A DNA stretch of 64,000 nt. Origin: a virus. Made by a program: the position numbers and the translations under genes. Below are positions 29,954 to 40,467 of the stretch, piece after piece. The notes beneath the pieces were generated by a model. That model saw nothing but the letters and a program-made list of their open reading frames with translations, was not told where the DNA came from and ran no database searches. The first letter of the stretch is position 1, and every line of letters begins with the position of its first letter. The stretch lies in IMG/VR virus record IMGVR_UViG_3300006056_000037; one strand, 5' to 3'.

Positions 29954-30424
29954 TTACTTACCGATCAAACGAAGGAAGGCTTTGTCGCTCTCCTTCACAA
30001 AAGCAGTCTTTTCCCCAACGAAAGGATGCGTCAGCGAGTTGTACTCACCTGGCATCGCCGCCCCGCTGAGTGCGATACCGTACTCAGAACCGTCCACGCT
30101 TGTGCCAACGTCTCCGGCTTGTTTGGTGCTGCCCGCAATGATTCCGTTCAATTCTGCAATCTTTTCGATAGCACCTTGCAACAGTGTCATCGTGGTCACA
30201 TGCTCGCATAGCATGCTGTCCGCAGCTTCTTTTTGGGTTGCAGGCACAACCTTGGTCCGAATCATCTGGTCCAGAAGCGTTGGACGCAAAGCTGCAGCCT
30301 TTTCTTGTGCAGTTCGGTGGGCCTTGACCTCGTCGCACGCGCGTTTCGTGGTCAGGCTGCTAAGTTCAATAAACCCTACGACGTTGTCGATAACGTCCGC
30401 AGGGACTTGTAGTGTGCGGCTCAT
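29954..30424 (-). CDS. Putative scaffold-associated head protein
   Basis: Helical; EKAA, EKIA, TKQA, EKTA motifs; CACGGAGG SD. Confidence 0.5.
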   Translation of the reverse strand: MSRTLQVPADVIDNVVGFIELSSLTTKRACDEVKAHRTAQEKAAALRPTLLDQMIRTKVVPATQKEAADSMLCEHVTTMTLLQGAIEKIAELNGIIAGSTKQAGDVGTSVDGSEYGIALSGAAMPGEYNSLTHPFVGEKTAFVKESDKAFLRLIGK

Positions 30425-30449
30425 CAGTCCTCCGTGAGCTAGAAAGCGC

Positions 30450-30488
30450 AAAATAATAAGTGAGGGGGACCACAGCGGTCCCCTGCTC
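30450..30488 (-). terminator. Terminator-like hairpin after the scaffold gene
   Basis: Minus strand GGGGACC-GCTGT-GGTCCCC followed by a T-rich tail. Confidence 0.4.
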
Positions 30489-30493
30489 TTAAA

Positions 30494-31807
30494 TTATCGA
30501 ACGAGCCGCGATCGCCCCAAGATCTCGCGAATGTGATTCGTGATCTCTTCCCGAGCAATCTTCTGCGTGCCGTGGATGCGCTTGCCCCCGCCGACACTCG
30601 CTTGTGTTTCCATTCCGCCTGGAGAAGAAGGAGGAGGGCCTCCGGCGTCACCGCCGCCACCTTCTTGTTGTTGCATAGCTTGGATCAACTCTTCTGGCGA
30701 AACACCAAGTTGCTCCAACACTGCAGCAAGTTCTTCTTCAGACTCGCCGCCTTCTCCGCCGCCCCCAGCTGCGTCTGCCCCACCGGCTCCGCCGCCTAAA
30801 GCAGCCATCATAGCTTCTTCGTCTCCGCCGCCAGGAGCAGCTCCTGCGTCGTCAGCATCACCGTCCCCGCCAATCGATGACATCATAGCGGCATCACCTG
30901 GAGCTCCGCCCGCGCCAGCAGGTGGTCCTCCCATGCCTCCGCTTGGGTCACCCATTGGCGGAATAGGCTCCCCCGGTTCAGATGCTCGTTTCAAAAAAGT
31001 GGCAGCGTATTGCACGAAAGCGTCCGCGTCTGCCGATGCTTGTTTGATAACCTCAACAAGGGCGTTTCGCACCATCGTATCCGCCGCACGTTTGTCGAGG
31101 CCTTGCCCGGAGACAAGCCCAGCAAGTTCGTTACCGGCGTAATACGCAAGTTGCGGATCAACGGTGTTGTGTGCCTGTGTGCGTTGTTGACTGGCTTGCT
31201 TCATCTGTCCACCTTGTGAGGTGTACAGTTGGTGAATTTGCGCGAGCAAATCGTTGCCGACGTACCCGAGGTCCGAAGCGAGCTTTTCCAAACTGTCAGA
31301 TGCGTATTTGTGCCCGTCGAGTTGGTCGTTCTCGGTGCTCGCTGGGTGCGAGGTCCCGCCGACACCTCCCTGCTTTTTGTCTTCCTTCCCAGCCTTAGCC
31401 GAGTTGGTCTCATGGGCAGGGTCTTCCCCGGTCGGAGCAACTTTGGTCGTAGTCGAAGTGTGGTCGTCTTCCGCAGACCCTGGCTGGCTCACAGCCCCTT
31501 CTGCGGCTTTAGCGAAACGGGCTACGGTGCTGAAAATGGACGCAGCTTTGGTGCTGGCTTGAGGAGCATTTTCGATGGATAACGCTCCTTGGTCTTTCTT
31601 GACGTCCTTACTGTTTTCTGCGGACCGTTCCCCTTCTTTAGCCTTTTCCAAACGGTCGTCGACACGCTTAACTGGATGCGAGGTTTCGCCGCCAATTGAG
31701 CCTGGCTCGCTGAGCGGGGTTGTCCCGTCAGATGCGGTCTTGACTTGGCCGACAGCTGCAATGAACTGATCGACAGTCGAGATCGACACTTGCGCGTTGC
31801 GGGTCAT
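30494..31807 (-). CDS. Putative capsid scaffolding protein
   Basis: Between protease and MCP; acidic and Gly-rich disorder; about 10 K-x-A motifs (VKTAS, EKLAS, MKQAS, IKQAS, LKRAS). Confidence 0.55.
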   Translation of the reverse strand: MTRNAQVSISTVDQFIAAVGQVKTASDGTTPLSEPGSIGGETSHPVKRVDDRLEKAKEGERSAENSKDVKKDQGALSIENAPQASTKAASIFSTVARFAKAAEGAVSQPGSAEDDHTSTTTKVAPTGEDPAHETNSAKAGKEDKKQGGVGGTSHPASTENDQLDGHKYASDSLEKLASDLGYVGNDLLAQIHQLYTSQGGQMKQASQQRTQAHNTVDPQLAYYAGNELAGLVSGQGLDKRAADTMVRNALVEVIKQASADADAFVQYAATFLKRASEPGEPIPPMGDPSGGMGGPPAGAGGAPGDAAMMSSIGGDGDADDAGAAPGGGDEEAMMAALGGGAGGADAAGGGGEGGESEEELAAVLEQLGVSPEELIQAMQQQEGGGGDAGGPPPSSPGGMETQASVGGGKRIHGTQKIAREEITNHIREILGRSRLVR

Positions 31808-31830
31808 TCTATGGGTACTCCTTTACCGGA

Positions 31831-33357
31831 TTATATGACATGATTCTGGCACGCAGACAGGCGTGCCGTCAACATGAACTCATCGTCAAATTTAGCGATT
31901 CTGTGTAACGCCGCCACTTTATAGCAAGAATAGTCTCTCGCTAGCTCTTCCGCCTCGCGAGTATCCGCGGCAGACTTCTCAATGTAAAAACCACTTTTTA
32001 GATCTGGGACCGGTAAACCACCCAGCACGGACCGTTTACACCGCAGGTCCACGGCATCTTTTTCCAAAGCGTGCGTTGATATCATTCGGTGGGCTGCTGT
32101 TCGCTGTTTAGCCGATGCGACCTTTTCTCCTAGGACATAAGGATTGGTCGCTAGGCGATTCTCTAAAGACCCGTCTTCAATCATACGCAGGTATACGCCC
32201 GGCAATCTTGCCCCTGCCGCTTCAACCAGGGCGGCACGCTTCGTCATGCGTGCAAAGTCTCGTAGCGGTAGAATAATCTTCCGATCCGCCAATGCTGCCA
32301 ATCCTGCAGCGACTTTCTCGAAACGCGTGTCTTGCAGGTCCAAAGCGACCAAATCTACCGGAGGTTGTACGGCAGAATCAAAAGCACGCTTAACAACTGC
32401 AGAATTCCAAAGATCCTGCTGTTGCTCAAGCGCTGCAAGACCGTGAGCGATTTTTATATGTTCGCCCATGTACGGACGCCATCCGACCCGATCTACCGTA
32501 TCTTGCAGAAGGATCACAGACATTGGAGCCGTAACGCCCAATTCCTCCGCCATTTTAGCTCCGTCAATTCCGAAGAACCCGTCGCTTGCGGCTTTGATCC
32601 AATCTGCTTTGCTTCCGTACGCGGTACGATCCGCAGGCCGAAATACTTTGGAAATATCGAAAAACACAGGATGGTCGTTGCGTACGTGCAGTAAGTGGAC
32701 ATCTCCTGCAGTTTTCACCAGACGGGTCAGGTTGTTGTAGCACCCACCAAACCGGCAACTGGCTTCCTTGCAGTACTGCTCTCGTGTGCTGGCTTTGTGC
32801 CCGCAACCGGAGCATACGTCGTACGGGACGCGACACGCCATGCTAACGGGGATGTCGTCACCTTTCGCGAGCTTCTCCAGTTCTTGATCTGCAGGTCCGT
32901 TACATCCCAGTAAATCCGCAGCTTGCTTGGTCGCAGGTAGCCCAACCAACAATTCCACGCGACGCATTTCCGGATTGTACGCTGACGCTTTGACGATACC
33001 GTAATGCGGGTGGCCTTCGGCCTTCTTGTTCTTGTGGTTGCGAAACCAGTGTGCGTGCTTTACGAACGTATCGTGCGCTTGTTTTAGCGTAGGTTCCGTA
33101 AACGCATCACCGTTGCGATTTGGTCCCCAAGCCTCGCTAGCCCCCAGGGCCACCAAGTGTACGGGAATCTCGTCCTTGGCAAACTTGATGTTGTGCATCT
33201 GAGATGCAAACAGATTCGCTGCCGTAAGCCCTGCACGCTTCACGAACTCCCGGCTATCCGCAGGCCCCATGCGAAGATCGTTACCAAGCTTCATGATAGA
33301 AGCTACGGGTATATCCCAATCCCAACCGGAGGGCGAAACAATCTTCTCCATTGCCAT
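31831..33357 (-). CDS. Prohead (capsid maturation) serine protease with Zn-binding insert
   Basis: PNRNGDAF, FRNHKNK (candidate His), PVSMACRVPYDVCSGCGH (candidate Ser plus Cys cluster), FFDISKVFRPAD; upstream of scaffold and MCP. Confidence 0.75.
   Translation of the reverse strand: MAMEKIVSPSGWDWDIPVASIMKLGNDLRMGPADSREFVKRAGLTAANLFASQMHNIKFAKDEIPVHLVALGASEAWGPNRNGDAFTEPTLKQAHDTFVKHAHWFRNHKNKKAEGHPHYGIVKASAYNPEMRRVELLVGLPATKQAADLLGCNGPADQELEKLAKGDDIPVSMACRVPYDVCSGCGHKASTREQYCKEASCRFGGCYNNLTRLVKTAGDVHLLHVRNDHPVFFDISKVFRPADRTAYGSKADWIKAASDGFFGIDGAKMAEELGVTAPMSVILLQDTVDRVGWRPYMGEHIKIAHGLAALEQQQDLWNSAVVKRAFDSAVQPPVDLVALDLQDTRFEKVAAGLAALADRKIILPLRDFARMTKRAALVEAAGARLPGVYLRMIEDGSLENRLATNPYVLGEKVASAKQRTAAHRMISTHALEKDAVDLRCKRSVLGGLPVPDLKSGFYIEKSAADTREAEELARDYSCYKVAALHRIAKFDDEFMLTARLSACQNHVI
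31981..32004 (-). repeat. 24-bp dyad motif copy 5 (inside protease gene)
   Basis: Minus strand GATCTAAAAA-GTGG-TTTTTACATT. Confidence 0.85.
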
Positions 33358-34712
33358 TACTTATTCTCCGGTACTGGTTTTGCGTACTGTTCCATGATCT
33401 CTTTCATGGTCTTTTTGTTACGAGAGTCCGCAAGTTCGCCGCGGGCTAGGTACTCTAAGGCCACGGGCGGGGCGAATAGCAAAGCACGCCGTCCAAGGGC
33501 GGTACCGATATGGGAGGCCCCGGCGTAGGTGTGCCCAAGCGTTTTGTACAGCTGGCGACCTTTGTACGTCGGATGCGTGTGGCTTCCTTGCTCTTTGAGG
33601 GCACCGCTTTGACCTTCGTTAAGGTCGTAGTGCTTTGGCGGCAGCTTTTGAGTTTCTGTAGTTTCTCGGGTCTCTTTGTGCGAAGGCACGTCCGGAGAGT
33701 TGATTGCGCCCTTACCGCCATCAGCCGCCGCGTCGCCCGTAGTGATGACCTTTACTTCTTTCGTAGGTGTGTGCGTTACGGTCAAAAGCGGACGGGTCCC
33801 GTGCACATCTCCGGTATGCCGACCTAACGCATCAGCCACGCCTGGAGGATTGTCGAAACGAGGTTGCCCGAACACTTTCGGCATGCGAGTTCGTAGCGAT
33901 TCCATGACCCGCTCCAGTCTGTTTGGACCGCCGGGTGCTACGTTAGGATGAACCTGAACACCTTCCGAGTTTAACGGCACGTTACGCTTAATAGCGTTGC
34001 GTAAGGGTTCAGGTAGGTCTTTGTCCGCTGCAGCCCCTGCACGCTGCAAAACCGTGCCGATGTATCCACCAGCTTGCTCCGGTCGGATCTTCGCCAAACC
34101 GAACATGGGGTTATGCATCAAAGCGTCAGCCCCAGCTAACGCACCGACAATAGGCGTGGTTATCGGTGCGGCATCATTTACAGCCCCCAAGGCACTAAAG
34201 AACCCGCTACTGGCCCGACTCTGCAAACTGGGCGTAGACAACTCTCGGAGTTTCGAATTGAGGTCTGGGTGATCTTGTAAGGCTTTCGGGTCCACCTGCA
34301 TCTTCCGCCCCGTAACCGGATCTGTGAAGATACCAGGGCGCATGCCGTGTGTTCCGCTGATTCCGCCGCCAGCTTCGCCCAAACCGGACAGGTGGTTTCT
34401 CGCAAGACCGGTACCAGCCCCTACACCAGCCCCAAGTAAACCCCCAGCCAACACAGAACCCATAACGCTTCGTTTTTTGTTCGGGTCTCGCTGGTTGTCT
34501 AGAAACGCATTAGTACCTAACGCAGCTGCTCCTAGACCACCACCAATCATCGCGTGACTAATTGCCGGGTTTTTCACAGCTTCGCCCAAAGACGACAGCC
34601 AGGCCGGTGCCGCAGTCTTTTGCAGCAGGCCCGATCGCGTGCCCGCTGCAATGCTGGCGATCTTCTCGATCGCGTCTTCGAGTGTTCCGTTCAACAGTTC
34701 CGTAACGTTCAT
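33357..34712 (-). CDS. Putative internal virion protein with glycine zippers
   Basis: EKIAS/QKTAA N-terminal motifs, then GGGLGAAALG and GGLLGAGVGAGTG hydrophobic zippers. Confidence 0.5.
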   Translation of the reverse strand: MNVTELLNGTLEDAIEKIASIAAGTRSGLLQKTAAPAWLSSLGEAVKNPAISHAMIGGGLGAAALGTNAFLDNQRDPNKKRSVMGSVLAGGLLGAGVGAGTGLARNHLSGLGEAGGGISGTHGMRPGIFTDPVTGRKMQVDPKALQDHPDLNSKLRELSTPSLQSRASSGFFSALGAVNDAAPITTPIVGALAGADALMHNPMFGLAKIRPEQAGGYIGTVLQRAGAAADKDLPEPLRNAIKRNVPLNSEGVQVHPNVAPGGPNRLERVMESLRTRMPKVFGQPRFDNPPGVADALGRHTGDVHGTRPLLTVTHTPTKEVKVITTGDAAADGGKGAINSPDVPSHKETRETTETQKLPPKHYDLNEGQSGALKEQGSHTHPTYKGRQLYKTLGHTYAGASHIGTALGRRALLFAPPVALEYLARGELADSRNKKTMKEIMEQYAKPVPENK

Positions 34713-34731
34713 CTCACACTCCGTAGAGGCC

Positions 34732-36249
34732 TTAACCCAGCAGCGACTCTGTCGAGCTACTCAAAATGTTGGTATTTGGCGTAGGCATCTTTGTCTTCGC
34801 CAGACCGTGCTCAATATCGAGCAGTTCTTTCGCTTCAAACGGCTCTGTGTGCCCTTCTAAACGTTTCCGCAAAGCTGGTCGGAGCGTAGCCGCATTTTCA
34901 GCCACGCGGGGTGCGGCCTGCGAAATTTCATTGTAAGCGGTCAGGACTTTATCCGGGTCATGCGACGAGATTGGATCGTTGGGATCCGTCAGCATTTGAT
35001 TGATCATGGCATGTGCCTTGATCTTTCTGAGCTCGTTCTCGTGTTCAGGGTCTTCTAAGCCCATCCAGGCGTCGTCAACCAGATCGCTTCTGGACTTAGC
35101 TGTTCCCAGCGTCTTTCCCATCGACGAGCCAATAGCCGTTCCGATACCAGCACCTAGAAACGCTACTTTCTCCTGTCGAGGTTTACGTCGCATGCCTATG
35201 GCTTGTTGTGACTGCTTACGGATGGCTTCCAACTCGTCATCCAGACTAGTCACATCGCCGTAAGGGTCGCCCTTAGCTTCGTCATGCGTGGCCTTGTGGG
35301 CCAAAATATCGCCAGCTGCAATTGCACCGATTTCCGGCACGATTCCGAATGCTCGCTTCTCCCCGACGCCGAAAATGATGGATGCCGTGTCTTTAGCCGT
35401 TTTTTCTGCCGCGACACGTGCGGCTCCCGAGAAAGGGCGGAGTTGTTCCTCGCGTACCGTTTCCAATTCGTTCCGGAGATCTTGTGCTTTCTTTGTCAGG
35501 TCGAATGCTGTCCGTGCATGGTTGATAGCTTCCCGAATGAGCGTAAACGGTGCGGCCTTCACGTCCACGGCTGTGTACGCAGAAGCAGTCTTCTCTTTGA
35601 TTGGCAGTCGTTGCTCGACCAGATCCATGAGGCTTTTCGCTTCGTCCCCCATGTAAGTAATGGCTGCAGCTTTGACTGTAGGGAACGGTAGGCGAGAATA
35701 TGCGCACCCACGGAAGTACGTCACGAGACTGGCAATTTTCGACATCACAGCGTCTTTCGCGGCAGATGCTTGTCGCTGTGCTTCAGCCTGGGCCTGTTTC
35801 ACGCGTTGAATGTTACTCAAAGCAACTTCAACTCGCGGTGTCGCTGCCGGTACCTCTTTCGCCCCTGATAGTCTGTACGATGCCGTTTTTTCTCTTGCGG
35901 CAGCGACGGTCTCCGCAAAAACAGGTTTACGGCTGTAAGCCGCGTCGATAGCAACCTTTTCTGGTTCTTTGTGGTAAATGGATCGGATCACTTCTTCCGG
36001 ATCGCACAGCTCGAAAGAAGCCAATTTATCCAAAATAGACGTGCTGCGGGGTCGCCGCCACTGACCTAGCTGCTGACCGGTGTTGTAGGCCTGGCCGATC
36101 AGCCGAATTTTTCCAGGACCAAAGCCGTTATCCCGGGCCACTTTCTCTACGGCAGCGTTGGGCGAACTCCCGGCTTCTACCAAATCCGTAGCGCGTTTGA
36201 CCACTTCCAACAACTGTTGCTCTTCACGCGCGTTCAGCGTATCCGACAT
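34732..36249 (-). CDS. Putative internal head protein, K-x-A-rich
   Basis: About 12 motifs including EKVAR, EKTAS (x2), EKRAF, EKVAF; short Gly zipper. Confidence 0.55.
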   Translation of the reverse strand: MSDTLNAREEQQLLEVVKRATDLVEAGSSPNAAVEKVARDNGFGPGKIRLIGQAYNTGQQLGQWRRPRSTSILDKLASFELCDPEEVIRSIYHKEPEKVAIDAAYSRKPVFAETVAAAREKTASYRLSGAKEVPAATPRVEVALSNIQRVKQAQAEAQRQASAAKDAVMSKIASLVTYFRGCAYSRLPFPTVKAAAITYMGDEAKSLMDLVEQRLPIKEKTASAYTAVDVKAAPFTLIREAINHARTAFDLTKKAQDLRNELETVREEQLRPFSGAARVAAEKTAKDTASIIFGVGEKRAFGIVPEIGAIAAGDILAHKATHDEAKGDPYGDVTSLDDELEAIRKQSQQAIGMRRKPRQEKVAFLGAGIGTAIGSSMGKTLGTAKSRSDLVDDAWMGLEDPEHENELRKIKAHAMINQMLTDPNDPISSHDPDKVLTAYNEISQAAPRVAENAATLRPALRKRLEGHTEPFEAKELLDIEHGLAKTKMPTPNTNILSSSTESLLG

Positions 36250-36276
36250 CGCGAGTCCTCCTTGACTACAGCCGCG

Positions 36277-37332
36277 TTAAATGTCTGTGTTTTGCGGTAC
36301 AACCACCGTCCGTTTATCTTTGCTTGGCGGTGGTAGCTTCGTTGGGAAGTTATCCGGTGCCACGGTAGCTGCAACCTGACCGCTGGCAACTAAAAGCAAT
36401 TCGCTATCCCGCAACTCACCGGCCATCGCATCAAACCGCCCAACAAGCGTGCCCTTGTGCAATTCGGCACCGTCTGCCCCAGAAGCCCAAGGAATATCTT
36501 CGATCGTTGCCTTAATGTGTCGATCGATATCTGTTCGAGCCTGGTCTTGGTTGTCTTCGCTTCTTGCGATTTCCATAAGTTTCGTATGGGTCGCAAACAG
36601 CTCCATTACGTTGTACTTATTGACCTCGAACATTTGGGCAGCTTGAGCGGTTCTACGTCGAAGAATGGTACCCGTTGTGTGGTCCCACCAGTTATCGATG
36701 TCGTCTGGCCGTGCAAGCGGTTTACCCGATTGTAAACCATTGATCAGGATATCCGCCACGTAAGGACCGCCGTAATACGAAAAGAACTTTAACGTTCCGT
36801 CCATAAACGGGCGAGCAATAGAGCTGTCCTTAAATGTGTGTTGCGGCATGTCGGCTTCAGCAGGAACGGCTCCTGCCGTACGGATCAACGCAGGAATAAT
36901 CACCTGCTTCGTTATCCAGTCTCGCTTGTCCAGATGCGGAATCACGTCAAAGAACAAGTCGCAATACCACTGAACAGCTTCCGGTAGAATGCCAAGAATA
37001 GCCGCAACTTCCTCCGGGGTTTGCCGTGCCAGAATCCGAGCCTGAATGTACATGTTGGATTCAGGATCTTCCTGGGCGCGCTGGTAAAACTCGTATGCGT
37101 AGAAAAGTCCGGGATCTTCAAATCGCATACGCTCCAGCTGCATCTCGTCCGCGACCTTTCGCCTTGCGAGAAAGGTTTTAGCCTTTCGCACGATATCGTC
37201 GTCACGACGAGAGCACCGTCCAGGAATATCGCCTGGACGATCTACTAACGAAAGTACACGCTCCCAACGCCAATCAGGCGAACGGAAGAAGTTGTACTTT
37301 TGGTAATCCGCATAGTTGTTTACCTGTGCCAC
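36277..37332 (-). CDS. Hypothetical protein
   Basis: 351-aa ORF, GAGG SD, GTG start. Confidence 0.6.
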   Translation of the reverse strand: MAQVNNYADYQKYNFFRSPDWRWERVLSLVDRPGDIPGRCSRRDDDIVRKAKTFLARRKVADEMQLERMRFEDPGLFYAYEFYQRAQEDPESNMYIQARILARQTPEEVAAILGILPEAVQWYCDLFFDVIPHLDKRDWITKQVIIPALIRTAGAVPAEADMPQHTFKDSSIARPFMDGTLKFFSYYGGPYVADILINGLQSGKPLARPDDIDNWWDHTTGTILRRRTAQAAQMFEVNKYNVMELFATHTKLMEIARSEDNQDQARTDIDRHIKATIEDIPWASGADGAELHKGTLVGRFDAMAGELRDSELLLVASGQVAATVAPDNFPTKLPPPSKDKRTVVVPQNTDI

Positions 37333-37334
37333 GG

Positions 37335-37787
37335 TTACTCGACCTCTTTTACACCACCAATAGCCACTGCGAACTTCTTAGCTCCAGGGCTCGCTGGCGT
37401 GATCTTTAGATACAGTTTGCCGTTACGCTGTCCCGGACGATTATCCTTGGTCTCAGCACTACGAAATACAAAACCATAACCACCGGTCTCTCTGTCGGAA
37501 AAATACAGCAACTTACCCGCAGCTTCGCTCTCAATTTCGTGCGTTACACGGTACACGTCATCAGGAAGCCTGCCAACGTCCGGGTACGTGGAATCCGACG
37601 TAAATTCCCCAGTAAGCACCTGCGAGTGGTTGTACAGGCCGACGGTGAAGTCGGCCATAACGCCTTCGGTCTGGACCACGATGATTTTCGAGATAACCGA
37701 CTTATCTGGCCAATCGATCGTGACCACCACAGGTACGGCATCAACAGCAATAGCCGCCATCGGTCTCGCTTCATACGGTACGCCCAT
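37335..37787 (-). CDS. Hypothetical beta-rich protein
   Basis: AAGGAG SD; 150 aa. Confidence 0.6.
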   Translation of the reverse strand: MGVPYEARPMAAIAVDAVPVVVTIDWPDKSVISKIIVVQTEGVMADFTVGLYNHSQVLTGEFTSDSTYPDVGRLPDDVYRVTHEIESEAAGKLLYFSDRETGGYGFVFRSAETKDNRPGQRNGKLYLKITPASPGAKKFAVAIGGVKEVE

Positions 37788-37796
37788 TTCGGCTCC

Positions 37797-40427
37797 TTAG
37801 TTTCTTGCGGCTTCTTGTACGTTAGGTTCACCAGCATCGGCAGAACCGACGCCCGTGGAATTCATAGCCCCAGGCCCGCCACCCACTGTTTTCTCTTTCA
37901 AGAAGAGCACAACGTCACCAAGGACTTCAAAGGCGTTGCGGATCGAGTCTTCCAGTTCTGGAAGATCTTGCTTTCCGTAACGATCCTCGAACTCTTCCTG
38001 GTGCCAGTAAAACATGAACATGATCCGGCCCAGCTTATCCAAGGCCTTCATCAAGTCTCCCAAGTATCGGTCAACTAAGGAGTCCTGCCGCACGGACTTT
38101 AGCATACCACTGATCATTGCCGCGTCGAAAACTTCCTTCTGTCCGCTCTGCGACGCTTGTTGGGCCATTTGCATGGCCTGTTGATCGGGCTGGTAGAACG
38201 GATCGTAGATCGACGGATCCGTCATCTGTGATTGCATACCGTCTACAGGGAGGAACTCTTCCTGCGGATACATGGAATTAACGCTGCTATACGGCCCCAT
38301 CGCTTCAGAACCCGTTTGCGGTTCTGGAAATGCGGGAGCCCCGGGACCAGGCTGCAGACCGTAATAAGGTTCGGCGTATTTAACGAAGAACTTGGCTGCA
38401 CGGTTCCGGTTAGCGTTAGCCGCTGCCGCTTTGATCATCTCGCGAACTTGATGCTCGCGTAAGCCGTGATCCCGCACCAACGAAATCAAAGCCGCCTTTT
38501 TAGTCAGCTGTTGCTGCCCAAAAGGACTCTTTATGACCAACTGTGTCCCGGTGTCGTGCAAGCTGACAACACTTGCGTGCTTTTGCAGCATCAACTGGAT
38601 GTCGATTAGGTTGCCCGGGCGGATCGGTTCGTTGGTACTGCCGACATACTCTGCTTCCGGGGGGCAGCACATATCCACCAAAGAGTCACTTTTCTCCTTC
38701 TTGGGCTTAGGAGGATCTGAGATCTTGATGATCTTGTAGCTGTCGGGAATCGACAACTCGCCGTTTACCGAACGAAGACTCGTGCCCTTTCGTTCGTTAA
38801 TGTGGATGCGAGCTCGCCACGATTCATAGGTCGTAGTCCAGTCGTGAACCTCTGGCTTGTTATCCCCCTGACGCCGATCCTTGTAGCTGCAGTTGTCCTC
38901 CCAAGAAACCGCGTAATCCCCATCACCGTAGCTTTCTTTGACACGGAACGGACACGTACCGCTACCGTTCTCGTGCACGGCTACGTACGTACCGCCCTTT
39001 GTCAAAGACGTTACGCCGTCCAACCCGTTGACGTATTTCCGCCAATCTTCGGGTGTAGGGCAATCACACTGCTTAACCCACAGGTTCGTGGAGTGGCTGT
39101 TCTTCCAATCCTTGGCACTGTCTTTACGTAGCAGTAAGCAGAAGTCTTCCCGCCCCCGTCCGGAGTGCGGCGAAACGATGATAACCATTTCTGAAAACTT
39201 GCCGGGCTTTTCAAGTACCTCGTAGATGCCGGTTTCCGTTGGATTGGTTAACGCCGTCACCACTTGCGTGTTGTACGCAATACTGGTGTTCTCGCGTTTA
39301 TCCTTGATCAGCACCGTATCTTTCAAAAGCTTTTCGCGTTCTTCGTCCGTCAGCTCCGGCTTGTTCTCGGTAATACCGCCAGGAGCGTCGACATCTACGC
39401 CTAAGGCGTCTGCTGCGTAGATGTACAGCCCCGCGTTCTTCTCCGGTTTTGGTTCTTCTGGAATCAAAGACCACGGTTTGTCTGATTTCTTCTCTTTCGT
39501 CTCTTCCGTCTTCTTCGGCGGGATGATGTAACTCTCCGCCCGCTTAATCAGACTGTCCTCGCGGTCCCGTATGCTCCTGGCCATGTCCCCAAAAAACGAA
39601 GAACCGTAAAACCGATCAAAGCCTTGCTTAATCAGCGGGTACCGCATGTACGCTTTATCGAATGCGGCTTTGAGTAGACCAAAGTCGCTCAAAAAGTTCC
39701 GCATATCGAAACGTTGTGCAGTGTTTGCGAGTGCTGCGGCGAAAGGACGCTCAACAACGGTTGGGAACGCTAAATGCCCGCCACGGCCCGGGTACAGGGA
39801 ATTCGCCTGTTTCGTAGCCAACGCCATAAAAGCAGGAAGTGCCCCGTAACTCCATTCGCTCAGATTCGGGTTTAACGGCTGGGCACTGCCGTACTTGGTA
39901 CCAGAGGGTGGTTTTGATAAACGCGACAAATTGGGCAGAAGCCCGCCAAGTTGGTGCACGTTCTGATCCACGCCTTCGCCCAAAACGTGAGGTTTACGCG
40001 AGATCAATGAATTGACCCAGTTTTCTTTCATTGGCACGAAAGTGTCCTGCTTCTTGATGTAAAGCAGTTCGTGCCCTTTTAAGTCCCCGTTAAGAAAGAA
40101 CACAGGGGCGTACAGCCACTGATCTCCGACCTTAAACCCGAAAATACCGACAGCTTTCGTGTTGTCTTCGTTTCGGTCTACAAGCTGGAACCCGATGATA
40201 AAGTCAATTAGGCGTGGTGCCTTGTCTTTGATGTAAGCGTAAGCCAAAGAGCTAAAGGCTTGTTCGAAGCCTTGCTCCTGGTCTCCACCCAAAGACGCCT
40301 GTTTCCAGTGCGTGAGGTTCATGGACGCCAAAGCGGATTGCACATCCTTACGTGCAGCTTTGGACGTCCAGTATTCGCCGCGGGTTGTAGCGCGTTTTTC
40401 AAAGACGACGTGTGTTTTTGCCTGCAT
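37797..40427 (-). CDS. Large putative head/core protein, K-x-A-rich
   Basis: ATG 40427 after GGAAGGA; EKRA, WKQAS, IKRAE, EKNAG, QKHAS, VKYAE motifs. Confidence 0.55.
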   Translation of the reverse strand: MQAKTHVVFEKRATTRGEYWTSKAARKDVQSALASMNLTHWKQASLGGDQEQGFEQAFSSLAYAYIKDKAPRLIDFIIGFQLVDRNEDNTKAVGIFGFKVGDQWLYAPVFFLNGDLKGHELLYIKKQDTFVPMKENWVNSLISRKPHVLGEGVDQNVHQLGGLLPNLSRLSKPPSGTKYGSAQPLNPNLSEWSYGALPAFMALATKQANSLYPGRGGHLAFPTVVERPFAAALANTAQRFDMRNFLSDFGLLKAAFDKAYMRYPLIKQGFDRFYGSSFFGDMARSIRDREDSLIKRAESYIIPPKKTEETKEKKSDKPWSLIPEEPKPEKNAGLYIYAADALGVDVDAPGGITENKPELTDEEREKLLKDTVLIKDKRENTSIAYNTQVVTALTNPTETGIYEVLEKPGKFSEMVIIVSPHSGRGREDFCLLLRKDSAKDWKNSHSTNLWVKQCDCPTPEDWRKYVNGLDGVTSLTKGGTYVAVHENGSGTCPFRVKESYGDGDYAVSWEDNCSYKDRRQGDNKPEVHDWTTTYESWRARIHINERKGTSLRSVNGELSIPDSYKIIKISDPPKPKKEKSDSLVDMCCPPEAEYVGSTNEPIRPGNLIDIQLMLQKHASVVSLHDTGTQLVIKSPFGQQQLTKKAALISLVRDHGLREHQVREMIKAAAANANRNRAAKFFVKYAEPYYGLQPGPGAPAFPEPQTGSEAMGPYSSVNSMYPQEEFLPVDGMQSQMTDPSIYDPFYQPDQQAMQMAQQASQSGQKEVFDAAMISGMLKSVRQDSLVDRYLGDLMKALDKLGRIMFMFYWHQEEFEDRYGKQDLPELEDSIRNAFEVLGDVVLFLKEKTVGGGPGAMNSTGVGSADAGEPNVQEAARN

Positions 40428-40467
40428 GGTTTCCTTCCCTGGAAACAGAATAGGATGTGACCGGTAG

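Noticed and set aside
30540..31142. 200-aa plus-strand ORF
   Set aside because: Antisense shadow of the Gly-rich scaffold
37797..40427. Portal or terminase assignment
   Set aside because: No Walker, nuclease or portal features recognised; those genes probably lie outside the window
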